Below are positions 25,201 to 38,702 of a DNA stretch of 64,000 bases, piece by piece (position 1 is the first letter of the stretch; each line of letters starts with the position of its first letter). Source of the stretch: Anaeramoeba ignava BMAN (Eukaryota > Protista > Anaeramoebae); NCBI GenBank assembly GCA_028826165.1, contig JAPDFW010000129.1:79641-143640 (forward strand), given 5' to 3'. A program made the translations under genes and the position numbers. Under the pieces are notes generated by a model. The model saw only the letters and a list, made by a program, of their open reading frames with translations, had not been told where the DNA came from and ran no database searches.

Positions 25201-28200
25201 AGAATTTTTTAAATTAAATTTTTAAATAAATTTTCAAATAAATTTTTAAATAAATTTTTAAATAAATTTTTCAAATAAATTTTTAAATAAATTTTCAAAT
25301 AAATTTTTAAATAAATTTTCAAATAAATTTTCAATTTTAATTTTTTAAATAAATTTTTAAATAAATTTTTAAATAAATTTTTAATTTTAATTTTTAAATA
25401 AATTATTAAATTAAATTTTCAAATGAATTATTAAATTAATTTTTAAATAAATTTTTAAATAAATTTTTCAATTAATTTTTAAATTAAATTTTTAAATTAA
25501 TTATTAAATAAATTATTAAATAAATTTTTAAATAAATTTTTAAATAAATTTTTAATTAAATTTTCAAATAAATTTTTAAATAAATTTTTAAATAAATTTT
25601 TAATTAAATTTTTAAATAAATTTTTAAATTAATTTTTAAATAAATTTTTAAATAAATTTTTAATTAAATTTTTAATTAAATTTTTAATTAAAATAATTTT
25701 TAAATAAATTTTTAATTAAATTTTTACAGCTGTTTTCTCTGTAGGATTCGTGCCAGCAATTCCTATGATTTCTTCACTCATTAATTGAATTGAAATCTGT
25801 TTCAAAATTTGATTATTAGCAAATCCAAAATAACCATTTAAAACTTGTAATTTTGCTTGTTTATACAATTTCTCAACTTCACTTTTCTGGTCAGTTTCAT
25901 CATCAGAAAAACTATCAATTAAATCAATATCAGTTTGATTTTCTTTAAAATCTGAATCACTAAATTCATCTTCATTCTCAATACGATTCCCATATTTTGA
26001 AGAATAATTCTGTCTTGTTTCAACATTTATCCATTGATTTACAAGTGCAATTGGTGCTATGTCTCTTATTGGTTTGTGATAATCATTTTCTTCCATTGCT
26101 TCGTTAATATTTTCAGGAAAATCTGCTATCATTTCATTTTCATAAATTGTTTGATCTTTTTCTGATTTTATATATTGCTCAATTCGGGCAAATGATTGTT
26201 TGATTAGTTTGTATTTAGGCCATAATTGTGGAAATGAAACTAGCGCATTTCGAAGAATATAATATAAAACCAATGAAACAAATGCCTATTTCAAAACCAA
26301 TCCAAAATTTATATTTAATTTTTAATATTTAATTTAATATTTTTAATATTTTTAATATTTTTAATATTTAATATTTTTAATATTTTTAATATTTAATATT
26401 TTTAATATTTAATATTTTTAATATTTAATTTAATTTTTAATTTAATATTTTTAATATTTAATATATTTAATATTTTTACTTTTTTGGGTGTTAAAGTGTT
26501 ATCTGCATAAACATAGCAAATAAAAGTTATTGTAACTGCAAGAATTAAAGCTAAAATTATTTGAAAAGTAAATTTTTAATTTTTAATTTTTAATTTTTTT
26601 TTTAATTTTTAATTTTTAATATTTACAAAACATAAATAATGTCCAAGACCAAGCTTTAATTCTTTGAGATTTTTCAATAGGTTTGAGTTCCATATTTCTT
26701 AATTCTATTTTATTTGAATTTATTTATTTTATTTTATTTGAATTTATTTATTTTTTGAATTTATTTATTTTTATAAACAAACCATTAACTTTTCTATTAA
26801 ATGGTTCTTCCCATGAATTAATTTTGATAAATTTTATTGAATCAAAAATTGAAAAGATTAAATTTGATCTTCTTGATGATATATTATCAATCATAATAGT
26901 TTGTGTTTCTTTTGCATGACTCATTGCAGAATTAATTGGAATAAATAATAATAATATTCCAGCACCTAAAATAAATTAAAAATAAAATTAATATTAAAAT
27001 TAAAAATAAAATTAAAAATAAAATTAAAATTAAATTAAATTAAATTAAATTAAATTAAATTAAATTAAAATTAAAATTAAAATTAAAATTAAAATTAAAA
27101 TTAAAATTAAAATTAAATTAAAATTAAAATTAAATTATTAATTAAATTAATTTAAATTAATATTTAAATTAATAATTAAATTAAAATTAAATTAAATTAA
27201 AATTAAAATTAAAATTAAATTAAATTCTTACCAATTAAGGAAAATGCACCAATTTGATTAGCAATTAAAAGAACTGCTGCAATAACAATTAATGGTTGTG
27301 TCCAAAGATTGTGAATATCTTGTGGATATGAAACAACTCTCTCACAATCAAAAGAAATGAGTTTTAATAATTTTCCTGATACATTTGCTCCAGCTTGTTG
27401 AATAATTAACAATTTGTTAAAAATCACAGAAATTAAACTTGTTCGAATCTTTTTAATTTTAATTTAAAAAAATTGAGAATTAATTTTTTGAATAAATTTA
27501 ATTTTAATTTTTAATTTTATTTTTATTTTTAATTTTAATTTAATTTTAATTTATTTTAATTTTAATTTTAATTTATTTTAATTTAATTTTTATTTATTTT
27601 TATTTTTAATGCTTACTTTAATTCCTGTTTTAATAGCCAAAGAAAAGTAAAATTCTTCTGTTAAACCTTCAAAAAAAGCCACAAGCAAAAATCCAAATAC
27701 GAAGAAATAACCCCAATTTTTGTCTTTTGTTCTATCTGAAACATGTTCAATTCTATAAAAAAATTAATAAATAAAAAATTAATAAATAAAAAAATTAAAT
27801 AAAAAATTAAATAAAAAATTAAATAAAAAATTAAATAAAAAATTAAATAAAAAATTACGTTGCTGCAATTAATAAAGGAAACATAAATAAGAGAACATCA
27901 TGAATAAATTTAATAATTCCACTTCCAATTAAAGCTCCTCGAAATTGTTGATTTATTGATTTTGAAACTGAATGTCTTAAAAATCTTTTTTTTTTTTAAA
28001 TTTTAATATTAATTATAATTTTAATTTTAATTTTAAATTTTAATTTTAATTTTAATTTTAATTTTAATTTTAATTTTAATTTTAATTTTAATTTTAATTT
28101 TAATTTTAATTTTAATTTAAATTTTGATTTTAATTTTAATTTTAATTTTAATTTTAATTTATTTTTTTTTAAATTTTAATTTTAATTTTAATTTTAATTT

Positions 28201-28864
28201 TAATTTTAGTTTTAATTTTAATTTTAATTTTAAAGGGAAATTTGAATTAAAAAATATTTGGAATTTTTTTTAATTCAAAAAGAAGAGCTTAATTTGAAAT
28301 GTACCTGTTTTTTTTTAGTAATTTCTTTGATTCCTTTTCGAGTTCAGAAACAGATTCATTTTGAAATTGTGTGGAAATATCTTCAAAATTTAACCGTTTT
28401 GATTTTGCAAGTGAAATTAAAGAACTAATTCCACTAAAAGTGAAACTAATTTTATTTTTTTAAAAAAGTAAAAAATAAAGAAGAAAAAAATTTTTTTTAA
28501 ATAAAATTGAATAAAAAAAAAGAAAGAAAAAAAAGCAATTTTAAATTTTGAATTAATTAAGAAATTTTAATTTTAATTTTAATTTTAATTTTAATTTTAA
28601 ATTTTAATTTTAATTTTAATTTTAATTTTGTTTTTAATTTTTATTTTAATTTTAATTTTAATTTTTAATTTTGTTGTTGTTTTTGTTTTTTTAGGGTTTT
28701 TTTTTAATTGATTTTTAATTGATTTTTAATTGATTGTTAATTTTCCTTTTAAAATTGTTCCAAAGTCATTTATAAAGAGGAAATAAGAATAAGAAAGAGA
28801 AAAGGGAAAAAAAAAGAAATTAAGAAATAAAGAAAGACGTTAATTACCTTGAAAAGAAACCCAT
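22280..28864 (-). CDS. ABCC/MRP-type ABC transporter, multi-exon, degenerate NBDs
   Basis: 17-nt first exon 28848-28864; lasso motif FSSFTFSGISSLISLAKSKRLNFEDI; TMD1-NBD1-TMD2-NBD2; GPSG|SGKS Walker A across the last intron; GT-AG junctions traced for most exons. Confidence 0.88.
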
Positions 28865-29104
28865 TTAAAAAAGGTTAAAGAAGAAAAAAAAAATGAAAAA
28901 ATTTTTTGTTTTTCTTTTTTTTTTAAATTAAAAAAAATAAAAAAAATTTTCTTATTAATTTTAAATCAAAATTACTCATTTTTATTTTAAATAAAAATAA
29001 ATAAAAAAATAAATCATTTTAATTTTAATCAAAATTAAAAACAAATTTAATTAAAATTTAAATTAAAATTAAAATTAAAATTTAATTTTGAAATGGATCT
29101 AAAT

Positions 29105-30200
29105 AAACGGAAAAAAAATTATTATTAAATTCAAATAAAAAATGTGGAATAAAAACGGAAAAAAAATTAATTAAATTTATAATAAAATTAATTATTAAAT
29201 TTATAAAGAAATTAATTATTAAATTTATAATAAAATTAATTATTAAATTTATAATAAAATTAATTATTAAATTTATAAAGGAATTAATTATTAAATTTAT
29301 AATAAAATTAATTATTAAATTTCTAATTAAAAATGTGGAATAAAAACGGAAAAATTAATTAAATTTATAAAAATTAATTATTAAATTTATAATAGAATTA
29401 GTTATTAAATTTATAATAAAATTAATTATTAAATTTATAATAAAAATTAATTATTAAATTTATAAAAGGAATTAATTATTAAATTTATAAAGGAATTAAT
29501 TATTAAATTTATAATAAAATTAATTATTAAATTTATAAAGAAATTAGTTATTAAATTTATAATAAAATTAATTATTAAATTTATAAAGGAATTAATTATT
29601 AAATTTATAATAAAATTAATTATTAAATTTATAATAAAATTAATTATTAAATTTATAATAAAATTAATTATTAAATTTATAAAGGAATTAATTATTAAAT
29701 TTATAAAGGAATTAATTATTAAATTTATAAGAAATTAATTATTAAATTTATAATAAAATTAATTATTAAATTCAAATAAAAATTGGAATAAAAACGGAAA
29801 AATTGATTAAATTCATAAATAAAAATTAATTATTAAATTTATAAAGGAATTAATTATTAAATTTATAATAAAATTAATTATTAAATTTATAATAAAATTA
29901 ATTATTAAATTTATAATAAAATTAATTATTAAATTTATAATAAAATTAATTATTAAATTTATAATAGAATTAGTTATTAAATTTATAATAAAATTAATTA
30001 TTAAATTTATAAATAAAATTAATTATTAAATTTATAATAAAATTAATTATTAAATTTATAATAAAATTAATTATTAAATTTATAAAAAAATTAATTATTA
30101 AATTTATAATAAAATTAATTATTAAATTTATAAATAAAAAATGTGGAATAAAAAATGTGGAATAAAAATTGGAAAGGAATTAATTATTAAATTGGAAAGG
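29105..30200. repeat. 24-bp minisatellite (AAATTTATAATAAAATTAATTATT)n punctuated by TGTGGAATAAAAACGG
   Basis: Visible tandem units with ATAATAA/ATAAAGG variants. Confidence 0.92.
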
Positions 30201-30241
30201 TATTTTTTTGAAAGAAAAAAAAAACTAGAAAAAAAATTTTT

Positions 30242-31830
30242 TTAATCTTGTTTTGATTTGTCCAATAATTGTTGTTTTTCAATTGCTCTTCTTCTCAATT
30301 TTCTTCCAATCTGAGCAACATAATTCATGAAGAAATGAACGAAAAAATTAGAGAAAATCTCGATAACTCGATGAATAGGAACAGGATTAATATCAATTTG
30401 AGGAGAACCAATTCTATTCAAAGCAGTTCGAACAAATTTTTGAGCAGAAGGAACAGTAAAAGAAGCTCGCATTTTTGTCATATTTGTCGCAATAAAAGAG
30501 GGTTTGAAACAATGAAACTTGATTCCTGAATCTTTATATTCATAAGCCAAAGAATTAGTAAAATTTAAAACAAAACTTTTTGTTCCAGCATAAAGACCAA
30601 GTAATGGCGCTCCGTGGATCGCTGATAAAGACCCCATAGTCAAAATTAAACCGTTCTTTTTCTCCATCATTTTCTCAATCATTAATTTTGTTAACTCCAC
30701 AAAGTTAACTGCGTTGATGTTCATGATATTTTTTCTTGTTTTTTCATCCAGTTCGTGAAAAAGTAATGGAAATTCATTGCTTTGCCCTGCATTATTTACA
30801 AAAATCTCAATTTCTAAATCATTGATTTTGCTCGCAATTTTTTCGATTGATTCTTTTTCTGAAAGATCTGCTGATATGATTAGTGTTTCTCTGCTTGGTT
30901 CTTTTTCTTTGATTGTTTTTGATACTTCTTCCATTTTTTCTGTTGTTCTGGAAATTAAAACTATATTGTATCCTTTTTGACTTAATTGAATTGCAAATTC
31001 TTTACCAATTCCATCAGAAGCTCCTGTTACAACTATTTTTATTATAAATTTAATTATAAATTTAATTATAAATTTAATTATAAATTTAATTATAAATTTA
31101 ATTATAAATTTAATTATAAATTTATTTATAAATATAATTATAAATTTAATTATAAATTTAATTATAAATTTAATTATAAATTTAATTATAATTTTAATTA
31201 TAAATTTAATTATAATTTAAATTATTAAATTTAATTATAATTTTAATTTATAATTTTAATTTATAATTTTAATTAATTATAAATTTAATTATAAATTTAA
31301 AAATTTAATTATATAAATTTAATTATAAATTTAATTATAAATTTAATTATAATTTTAATTATAAATTTATTTAATTATAATTTTAATTATAAATTTAATT
31401 ATAAATTTAATTATAATTTTAATTATAAATTTAATTATAATTTTAATTATAAAATTTAATTATAATTTTAATTATAAATTTAATTATTCACATTAAATTT
31501 AATTATAAATTTAATTATAAATTTAATTATAAATTTAATTATAAATATAATTATAAATTTAATTATAAATATAATTATAAAATTTAATTATGAATATAAT
31601 TATAAATTTAATTATAAATTTAATTATAAATTTAATTATAAATTTAATTATAAATTTAATTATAAATTAATTAATGAATATAATTATTGAGTTTAATTAC
31701 CTGCCCATGAACCTTTTTTCACTTTTGCGAAAAATTTTGATTTAAAGAAAAACATGTAATAAACCTCAATAATTATCTTATAAAGAATAAAGGAAAAACA
31801 GAGAAAACCAAAAAAAGACAAAAATCCCAT
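30242..31830 (-). CDS. Short-chain dehydrogenase, very-long-chain 3-oxoacyl-CoA reductase/17beta-HSD12-like; intron 31033-31700
   Basis: N-terminal TM segment, WA|VVTGASDGIGKEFA, VNNAG, YAGTK, PSFIATNMTK. Confidence 0.88.
31035..31670. repeat. Intronic 12-bp repeat (AATTATAAATTT)n
   Basis: Visible tandem units filling the SDR intron. Confidence 0.92.
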
Positions 31831-31889
31831 TTTCTTATTAATTTTGGAAATGAAAAAAATGAAAATGAAAAAATGAAAAAATGAAAAAA

Positions 31890-32855
31890 TTTAATTTTAA
31901 AATAATTTTTTAAATTCCAATTTAAATTTAAATCTTAATTTTAAATTATTTTTTAAATTAAAGATCCTTATTAAAAAATAAATCCAAAATTTAATCAAAA
32001 ATTAATCAAAAATTAAATTTTTTTATATAAATTAAATTATTAAATTTCAATTTAAATTTAAATCTTAATTTTAAATTATTTTTTAAATTAAAGATCCTTA
32101 TTAAAAAATTAATCAAAAATTTAATCCAAAATAAATCAAAAATTAAATTATAAATAAATTATAAATATTAATAAAATAAATTATTAAATTTCAATTTAAA
32201 TTTAAACCTTAATTTTAAATTATTTTTAAATTAAAGATCTTTATTAAAAAATTTAATTAAAAATTTAATCGGAAATAAATCAAAAATAATTTATAAATAA
32301 TTTATAAATATTAATAAAATAAATTATTAAATTTCAATTTAAATTTAATCCTTAATTTTAAATTATTTTTTACATTGAAGATCCTTATTAAAAATTTAAT
32401 CAAAAATTTAATCCAAAATAAATCCAAAATTAAATCATAAATAAATTATAAATATTAATAAAATAATTTATTAAATTTCAATTTAAATTTAAATCTTAAT
32501 TTTAAATTATTTTTTAAATTAAAGATCCTTATTAAAAATTTAATCAAAAATTAAATTAAAAATAAATCAAAAAATAAATTATAAATAAATTATAAATATT
32601 AATAAAATAATTTATTAAATTTCAATTTAAATTTAATCCTTAATTTTAAATTATTTTTTACATTGAAGATCCTTATTAAAAAATTTAATTTAAAAAAAGT
32701 AGAATAAAATAAAATAAAAGAAAAAATTTTTTCTTTCTGTTTAAAACTGACGAATTGAATAAAATAATTATAAAATATAAATAAAAGAAAGTAAAACAAA
32801 TTAATCCTTAATTTTCAATTATTTTTTAAATTAAAGATCCTTATTAAAAAATTAA
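31890..32855. repeat. ~144-bp tandem satellite in the divergent SDR/kinase intergenic region
   Basis: GATC landmark at 31963, 32093, 32236, 32380, 32524, 32668, 32836. Confidence 0.92.
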
Positions 32856-33079
32856 ATAAAAAATTGATCACAAAAAAAAGGAGAAAAATTAATTTAAAAA
32901 GGAGAAAAATTAATTTAAAAAAAAATTTTTTTTTACAGTAGAGATCCTTATAGTTTTTTTTTTGTAAGGATCACCAGTCATTTTTTTTCTCTCATATTTT
33001 GAGATTCTTTTACTAACAAAACAATTTTTTATAATTAATTTTTAAAGCAAAAAAAAGCAAAAAAAAAAAAATAAGCAAA

Positions 33080-35286
33080 ATGCAAAGTTCTATTGGTAAA
33101 TATATTATTCAAAGAACAATTGGAGAAGGAAGCACAAGTAAAGTGAAACTAGCAATTGAACCCGAAACAGGAAAAGAGGTGGCAATAAAAATTATCCCCA
33201 AAAACAAAGTGACAGCCAAAAGCACAACATTGATTCGTTCTGAAAGAGAAATAGCAATTTTGAAACTTTTCAATCATCCAAATATTGTTAAAATTTTCGA
33301 AGTTTTTGAGTCTGATGAATATCTTTTCCTTGTTATGGAATACATGCAAAAGGGCGAACTTTTGGACTATTTGATTTCCAAGAAAGCAATCTCAACAACT
33401 CAATCCCTGTTCTTTTTCCAACAGATTATTTATGCTGTTGAATACTCTCATTCGCATTTGATTTCTCATCGTGATTTAAAACTTGAAAATATTCTACTTG
33501 ATTCATTTGGAAATGTTAAAATTGTTGATTTTGGAATGGCTGGTTTAGTCGATAATCAAAATTTGTTAAATACTTCTTGTGGTTCTCCTCATTATGTTGC
33601 TCCTGAAGTTGTTACAGTAAATATTTATTTTTTTTTTGTTTTTTTATTAAAAAAAATTGAATTGATGAAAAAATAATTAAAATAGGGGATTAAATCAAAT
33701 AAAATTTTTTCTATTATTTTTAATTGAATTTACTAATAGAAAATTAATTAAAATCCAATTTTATAATTAATTTATTAAGACATTCAAATATTAATTTGAT
33801 TTGATCTCAATATTTTATTAATAAAAAAATTTTTCAATTTAAAATTAAATTTAAAATTATTTTTAATTGAATTTACTAATAGAAAATTAATTAAAATCCA
33901 ATTTTATAATTAATTTATTAAGACATTCAAATATTAATCCAATTTGATCTCAATATTTTATTAATAAAAAAATTTTTCAATTTAAAATTAAATTTAAAAT
34001 TATTTTTAATTGAATTTAATAATAGAAAATTAATTAAAATCCTAATTTTATAATTAATTTATTAAGACATCCAAATATTAATCCAATTTGATCTCAATAT
34101 TTTTATTAATAAAAATTTTTCAAATTAAAATTAAATTTAAAATTATTTTTTAATTGAATTTAATAATAGAAAATTAATTAAAATCCAATTTTATAATTAA
34201 TATATTAAGATATTCAAATATTAATCCAATTTGATCTCAATATTTTATTAATAAAAAAATTTTTCAATTTAAAATTAAATTTAAAATTATTTTTAATTGA
34301 ATTTAATAATAGAAAATTAATTAAAATCCAATTTTATAATTAATTTATTAAGATATTCAAATATTAATCCAATTTGATCTCAATATTTAATTAATAAAAA
34401 AATTTTTCAATTTAAAATTAAATTTAAAATTATTTTTAATTGAATTTAATAATAGAAAATTAATTAAAATCAATTTTATAATTAATTTATTAAGACATTC
34501 AAATATTAATCCAATTTGATCTCAATATTTAATTAATAAAAAAATTTTTCAATTTAAAATTAAATTTAAAATAGGGAAAAAGTTATGATCCTTTCAAAGC
34601 TGATATCTGGAGTTGTGGAATCATTCTCTATGTTCTTCTTGTTGGAAGACTTCCTTTTGATGCAGATTCTATTCAAGAAGTTTTGATCCAAATCACTCAA
34701 AATGAACCAGAAATCCCATCACACTTATCTCCTGATAAATCCCAACTTCTACAAGGAATGCTTCAAAAAGACCCACAAAAGAGAATGACAATCCAAGAGA
34801 TCAAAGAAAATCCATGGTTTTGCTCCAACTTCCCACGTTATTTTGAACAACCAAAAACTCAAATTGATCCAAATTTTTTCTCACCTAGAAAAGTCGAAAA
34901 TTTATCAACTTCAATCATTTCAAGTTTATCAAGACTTGGCATCGATGAAAATTCAATAATCGAGTTTCTTACATCACAAGAAGCTAATTGGGTGAAGGTC
35001 TTCTATTCATTAAACTGAACAGAAAATCAAAAAAATTAATAAGATCCAAGTGACTTCACAAATGAACCAAAACGAGAAAGAAGAGGAACAGTTGGAAATG
35101 GAAATTGAAACCCAGAAAAAGGATCATCAGCCAACAAAAAAAAACTCAAAAGAAAATGTAGAATATCTTTCTCAAAAAAATTCCAATTTTCAACAAAAAA
35201 AAAGAATTTTTTTCAATTATAATTCATTTGATCCAAATAATTCAACAAGTAAAAAAAAACAATTTTTTATTTATTTATTCATCATT

Positions 35287-35327
<41 letters not shown>

Positions 35328-35834
35328 GATCCATTTCACACTCAAAACCTCAAATCCAAATCAAAGAGAAAATCTAAATCAGAAAAAAAAATGAGTAAAA
35401 AAAGATGGATTAAAAACATCTTCAAACGCAAAAGCAAAAAAGCAAAAAAGCAAAAGCAAAAAAAAGAAAAAGAAGAACGAAAATTTTTTGGATTAAATCC
35501 TCAATTTGCAAAATTAAAAGAACTCAAACAATTTGAATTTGAAACAACTTCACACAAAAAATCAACTTGTGTTTCATTTAAAACGGATTTGCCAATTCTT
35601 TCCATTTTATCTAATTTGCAAATTGCTTTAATCATCTCCAAAATTGATTTCCAGTTTCCAAACTTGTTTTCAATCAAAACAAAAACAAAACACTCAAAAA
35701 TTGAAATTAGAATTGTTGAATGTCCAATTTTTGCCCACAATAATTTAATTGAAATTCAATTCATTCACAAAAAAGGAGATCCAAAAGATTTTTATACTTT
35801 TTGTAAAGAATTTTTGAGTATTTTGAATTTTTGA
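33080..35834 (+). CDS. BRSK/SNF1-family (CAMKL) Ser/Thr kinase; introns 33617-34574 and 35249-35328; frameshift ~35013
   Basis: IGEGSTSKVK, VAIK, HRDLKLEN, DFG, TSCGSPHYVAPE, |GKSYDPFKADIWSCG; UBA-like segment and KA1-like C-terminus (KKGDPKDFYTFCKEFL). Confidence 0.9.
33716..34574. repeat. Six-copy ~143-bp tandem repeat inside kinase intron 1
   Basis: TAATTGAATT landmark at 33721, 33864, 34007, 34151, 34294, 34437. Confidence 0.93.
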
Positions 35835-35925
35835 GTATTTTTAGTTTAATTTTTTTATTTGAATAATTAAAAAAAAATTGAAATTTATTTTTTTTCATTT
35901 TTTTCTTTTTCATTTTTTGTTTTAA

Positions 35926-36225
35926 ATGAGTTTTTTTAGTTCAATTTATTCTTCATTTAAATCATTTTTTTCTTTTTCAACAAATTCAATTAAATTCAAA
36001 GACATTCAATCAAATCAAATTGATTGGAATTGTGGTTTATTAGAAAATATTCATCAAGGTTCTTGTGGAAAAATATTTGAAGAATTTATTTCTAGTTTAA
36101 TTGATTCAAAAAATTCTGAAGAACAAAAAGAAAAATTTGAACTTTTAAAAAAATGCATTGAAAAAAATCCAAAAATTAAACCAAATGATCCTTCAAATAT
36201 TCCTTTTTTCATTAATTTACAATAA
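35926..36225 (+). CDS. Small Mia40/CHCHD4-like (degenerate CHCH/GCK) protein
   Basis: IDWNCGLLENIHQGSCGKIF..EKFELLKKCIEKNP matches the spacing of the Mia40 core; TCATTT motifs upstream. Confidence 0.6.
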   Translation: MSFFSSIYSSFKSFFSFSTNSIKFKDIQSNQIDWNCGLLENIHQGSCGKIFEEFISSLIDSKNSEEQKEKFELLKKCIEKNPKIKPNDPSNIPFFINLQ

Positions 36226-36387
36226 AAATACAAATAAAAAAACAAAAAATGAAATCAAAAATTGATTTTTAAAATGGAAATTTTTTTATGAATTTTTTTA
36301 ATTTGAATTCATTATTGGAATTTTTGAAGAAGAAAAAAGAAAAAAAGAAGAAAGAAGAAAGAAAAAGAAGTAATTAATGAAAATTGA

Positions 36388-37765
36388 TTATTGGAAGTTG
36401 ATTATCGCATGTTTTTCGAAGTTATAAATTGCAAGAACTTTAACTTGAGCTGTCCAATATTCTTTTTTATTACTTTCTTCTAGTTTTTGTGAATCAGATA
36501 ATTGATCTTTGCTTGAGTTTTGTAAATCTTCTGTGGTCTTATCCTGAATTAGAATAATTTATAAAATTCAATATTTAATTTAATATTTAATATTTAATAT
36601 TTAATATTTAATATTTAATATTTAATTCAATTTAATTCAATATTCAATTTAATTCAATTCAATTCAATTCAATTTAATTTAATTTAATATTTAATATTCA
36701 ATTTAATTTAATTTAATTCAATTTAATATTCAATATTCAATATTCAATTCAATATTTAATTCAATTTTTAATTAATATTTAATATTCAATATTCAATTCA
36801 ATTCACCAATTCAATATTCAATTCAATTTAATTCATTTATTTAATATTAATATTTAATATTAAATTTAATTCAATATTTCAATATTCAAATTCAATTTTT
36901 AATTTAATATTTAATTCAATTAATTTAATTCAATTTAATTCAATTCAATATTCAATTCATTCATTCAATTCAATTCAATATTCAATTCAATATTCAATAT
37001 TCAATATTTAATATTCAATATTTAATATTCAATATTTAATATTTAATATTCAATATTTAATATTTAATTTAATTCAATATTCAATTCAATATTTAATATT
37101 TAATATTCAATTCAATTTTTAATTTAATATTCAATTCAATTTAATTCAATATTTAATTCAATTCAATATTTAATTTAATTCAATTTTAATATTTAATTCA
37201 ATATTTAATTCAATATTCAATATTCAATTTGTTTTATTTAAAATATTACCTTTTCGATAATAATTTTTTTTGGATCACTTAAAATTTTGACAACAATAGA
37301 ATCAGCAATTCGTTTAAGTTTTGGATATTGGACAATAAAATTATGTCTCAAATTGATAAAATATCTGAAGGGTTTATCATAATCGAGAAGAATAATATGA
37401 TCTTTCTGGGGTTTTTTAAGATTTTGATCTGATTTATCACCATTTGATTGATTAACTCTTAATTGTGGAGACCTTTCAATTTTTTTTAATAATTTTTTTT
37501 TTAATTCTAATTTTTGTCTCTTTTCTTCAATTTCTTTTTCTAACTTTGGAATTTTGGTGATATCAAGTTCTCTTCGTAAATTTTCATTTTCTTCATATAT
37601 TTTTACTAATTTTTCATCAATTATTTTAATTTCTTGTTCTGAAAGTTCGTTTATTTGATTTTTATAAATATCAAAATTTTTTTCAATTTTTTCTCGTGTT
37701 TGTTGATATAATTCTCCATATTTTGTATCAAATTCATCGTTATTTTCTGTTGTTTTCTGTTCCAT
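36388..37765 (-). CDS. Hypothetical coiled-coil protein, 2 exons (intron 36544-37249)
   Basis: E/K-rich ORF; AAG|GTAATA donor and TTCTAATTCAG acceptor; exon 2 reads DKTTED..HAIINFQ*. Confidence 0.7.
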
Positions 37766-38702
37766 TGTTTTAAAAATAAAAAATGAAAAAAAAAAATGAA
37801 AAAAAATTAAAAAAAAAATTTAAAAAAAAGGAAAAAGTGGAATTTAAAAAGAAAAAAAAGAAAAAAAAGGAAAATTAAGTTTCTATTCTTTTATTCTTTT
37901 CAATTATTTAATTTTGATTTAAATTTTAATTTAGATTTTGATTTTGATTTTGATTTTAATTTTAATTTTAATTTTAATTTTGATTTTAATTGGATTTTAA
38001 TTTTGATTTTAATTTTGATTTTAATTATAATTTTAATTTTAAATTTATTTCAATTTTAATTTTAATTTTAATTTTGATTTTAATTTTAATTTTGATTTTA
38101 ATTTTAATTTAGATTTTGATTTTGATTTTGATTTTGATTTTAATTTTAATTTTAATTTTAATTTTAATTTTAATTTTAATTTTAATTTTAATTTTAATTT
38201 TAATTTTAATTTTAATTTTAATTTTAATTTTAATTTTAATTTTAATTTTAATTTTAATTTTAATTTTTTTAATTTTAATTTTTTAATTTAATTTTGATTT
38301 TAATTTTAATTTTGATTTTTGATTTTTGATTAATTTTTCATTTTGATTTGTTTTTGATTTCCATTTTTTTTAATTTTAAATTTTGAAAAATGAAAAATGA
38401 AAAATTAAAAAGGAAAAATTTTGGATTTAAATTTTGATTTTAATTTTAATTTTAATTTTGATTTTAATTTTAATTTTAATTTTAATTTTAATTTTAATTT
38501 TAATTTTAATTTTAATTTAATTTTAATTTTAATTTTAATTTTGATTTTAATTTTGATTTTAATTTTAATTTTGATTTTAATTTTAATTTTGATTTTAATT
38601 TTAATTTTGATTTTAATTTTAATTTTTAATTTTAATTTTAATTTTAATTTTAATTTTAATTTTGATTTTGATTTGATTTTAATTTTAATTTTGATTTTGA
38701 TT

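Noticed and set aside
29105-30200. CRISPR-like look of a repeated motif separated by spacers
   Set aside because: The intervening DNA is itself tandem 24-mer, there are no unique spacers or cas genes, and the context is eukaryotic
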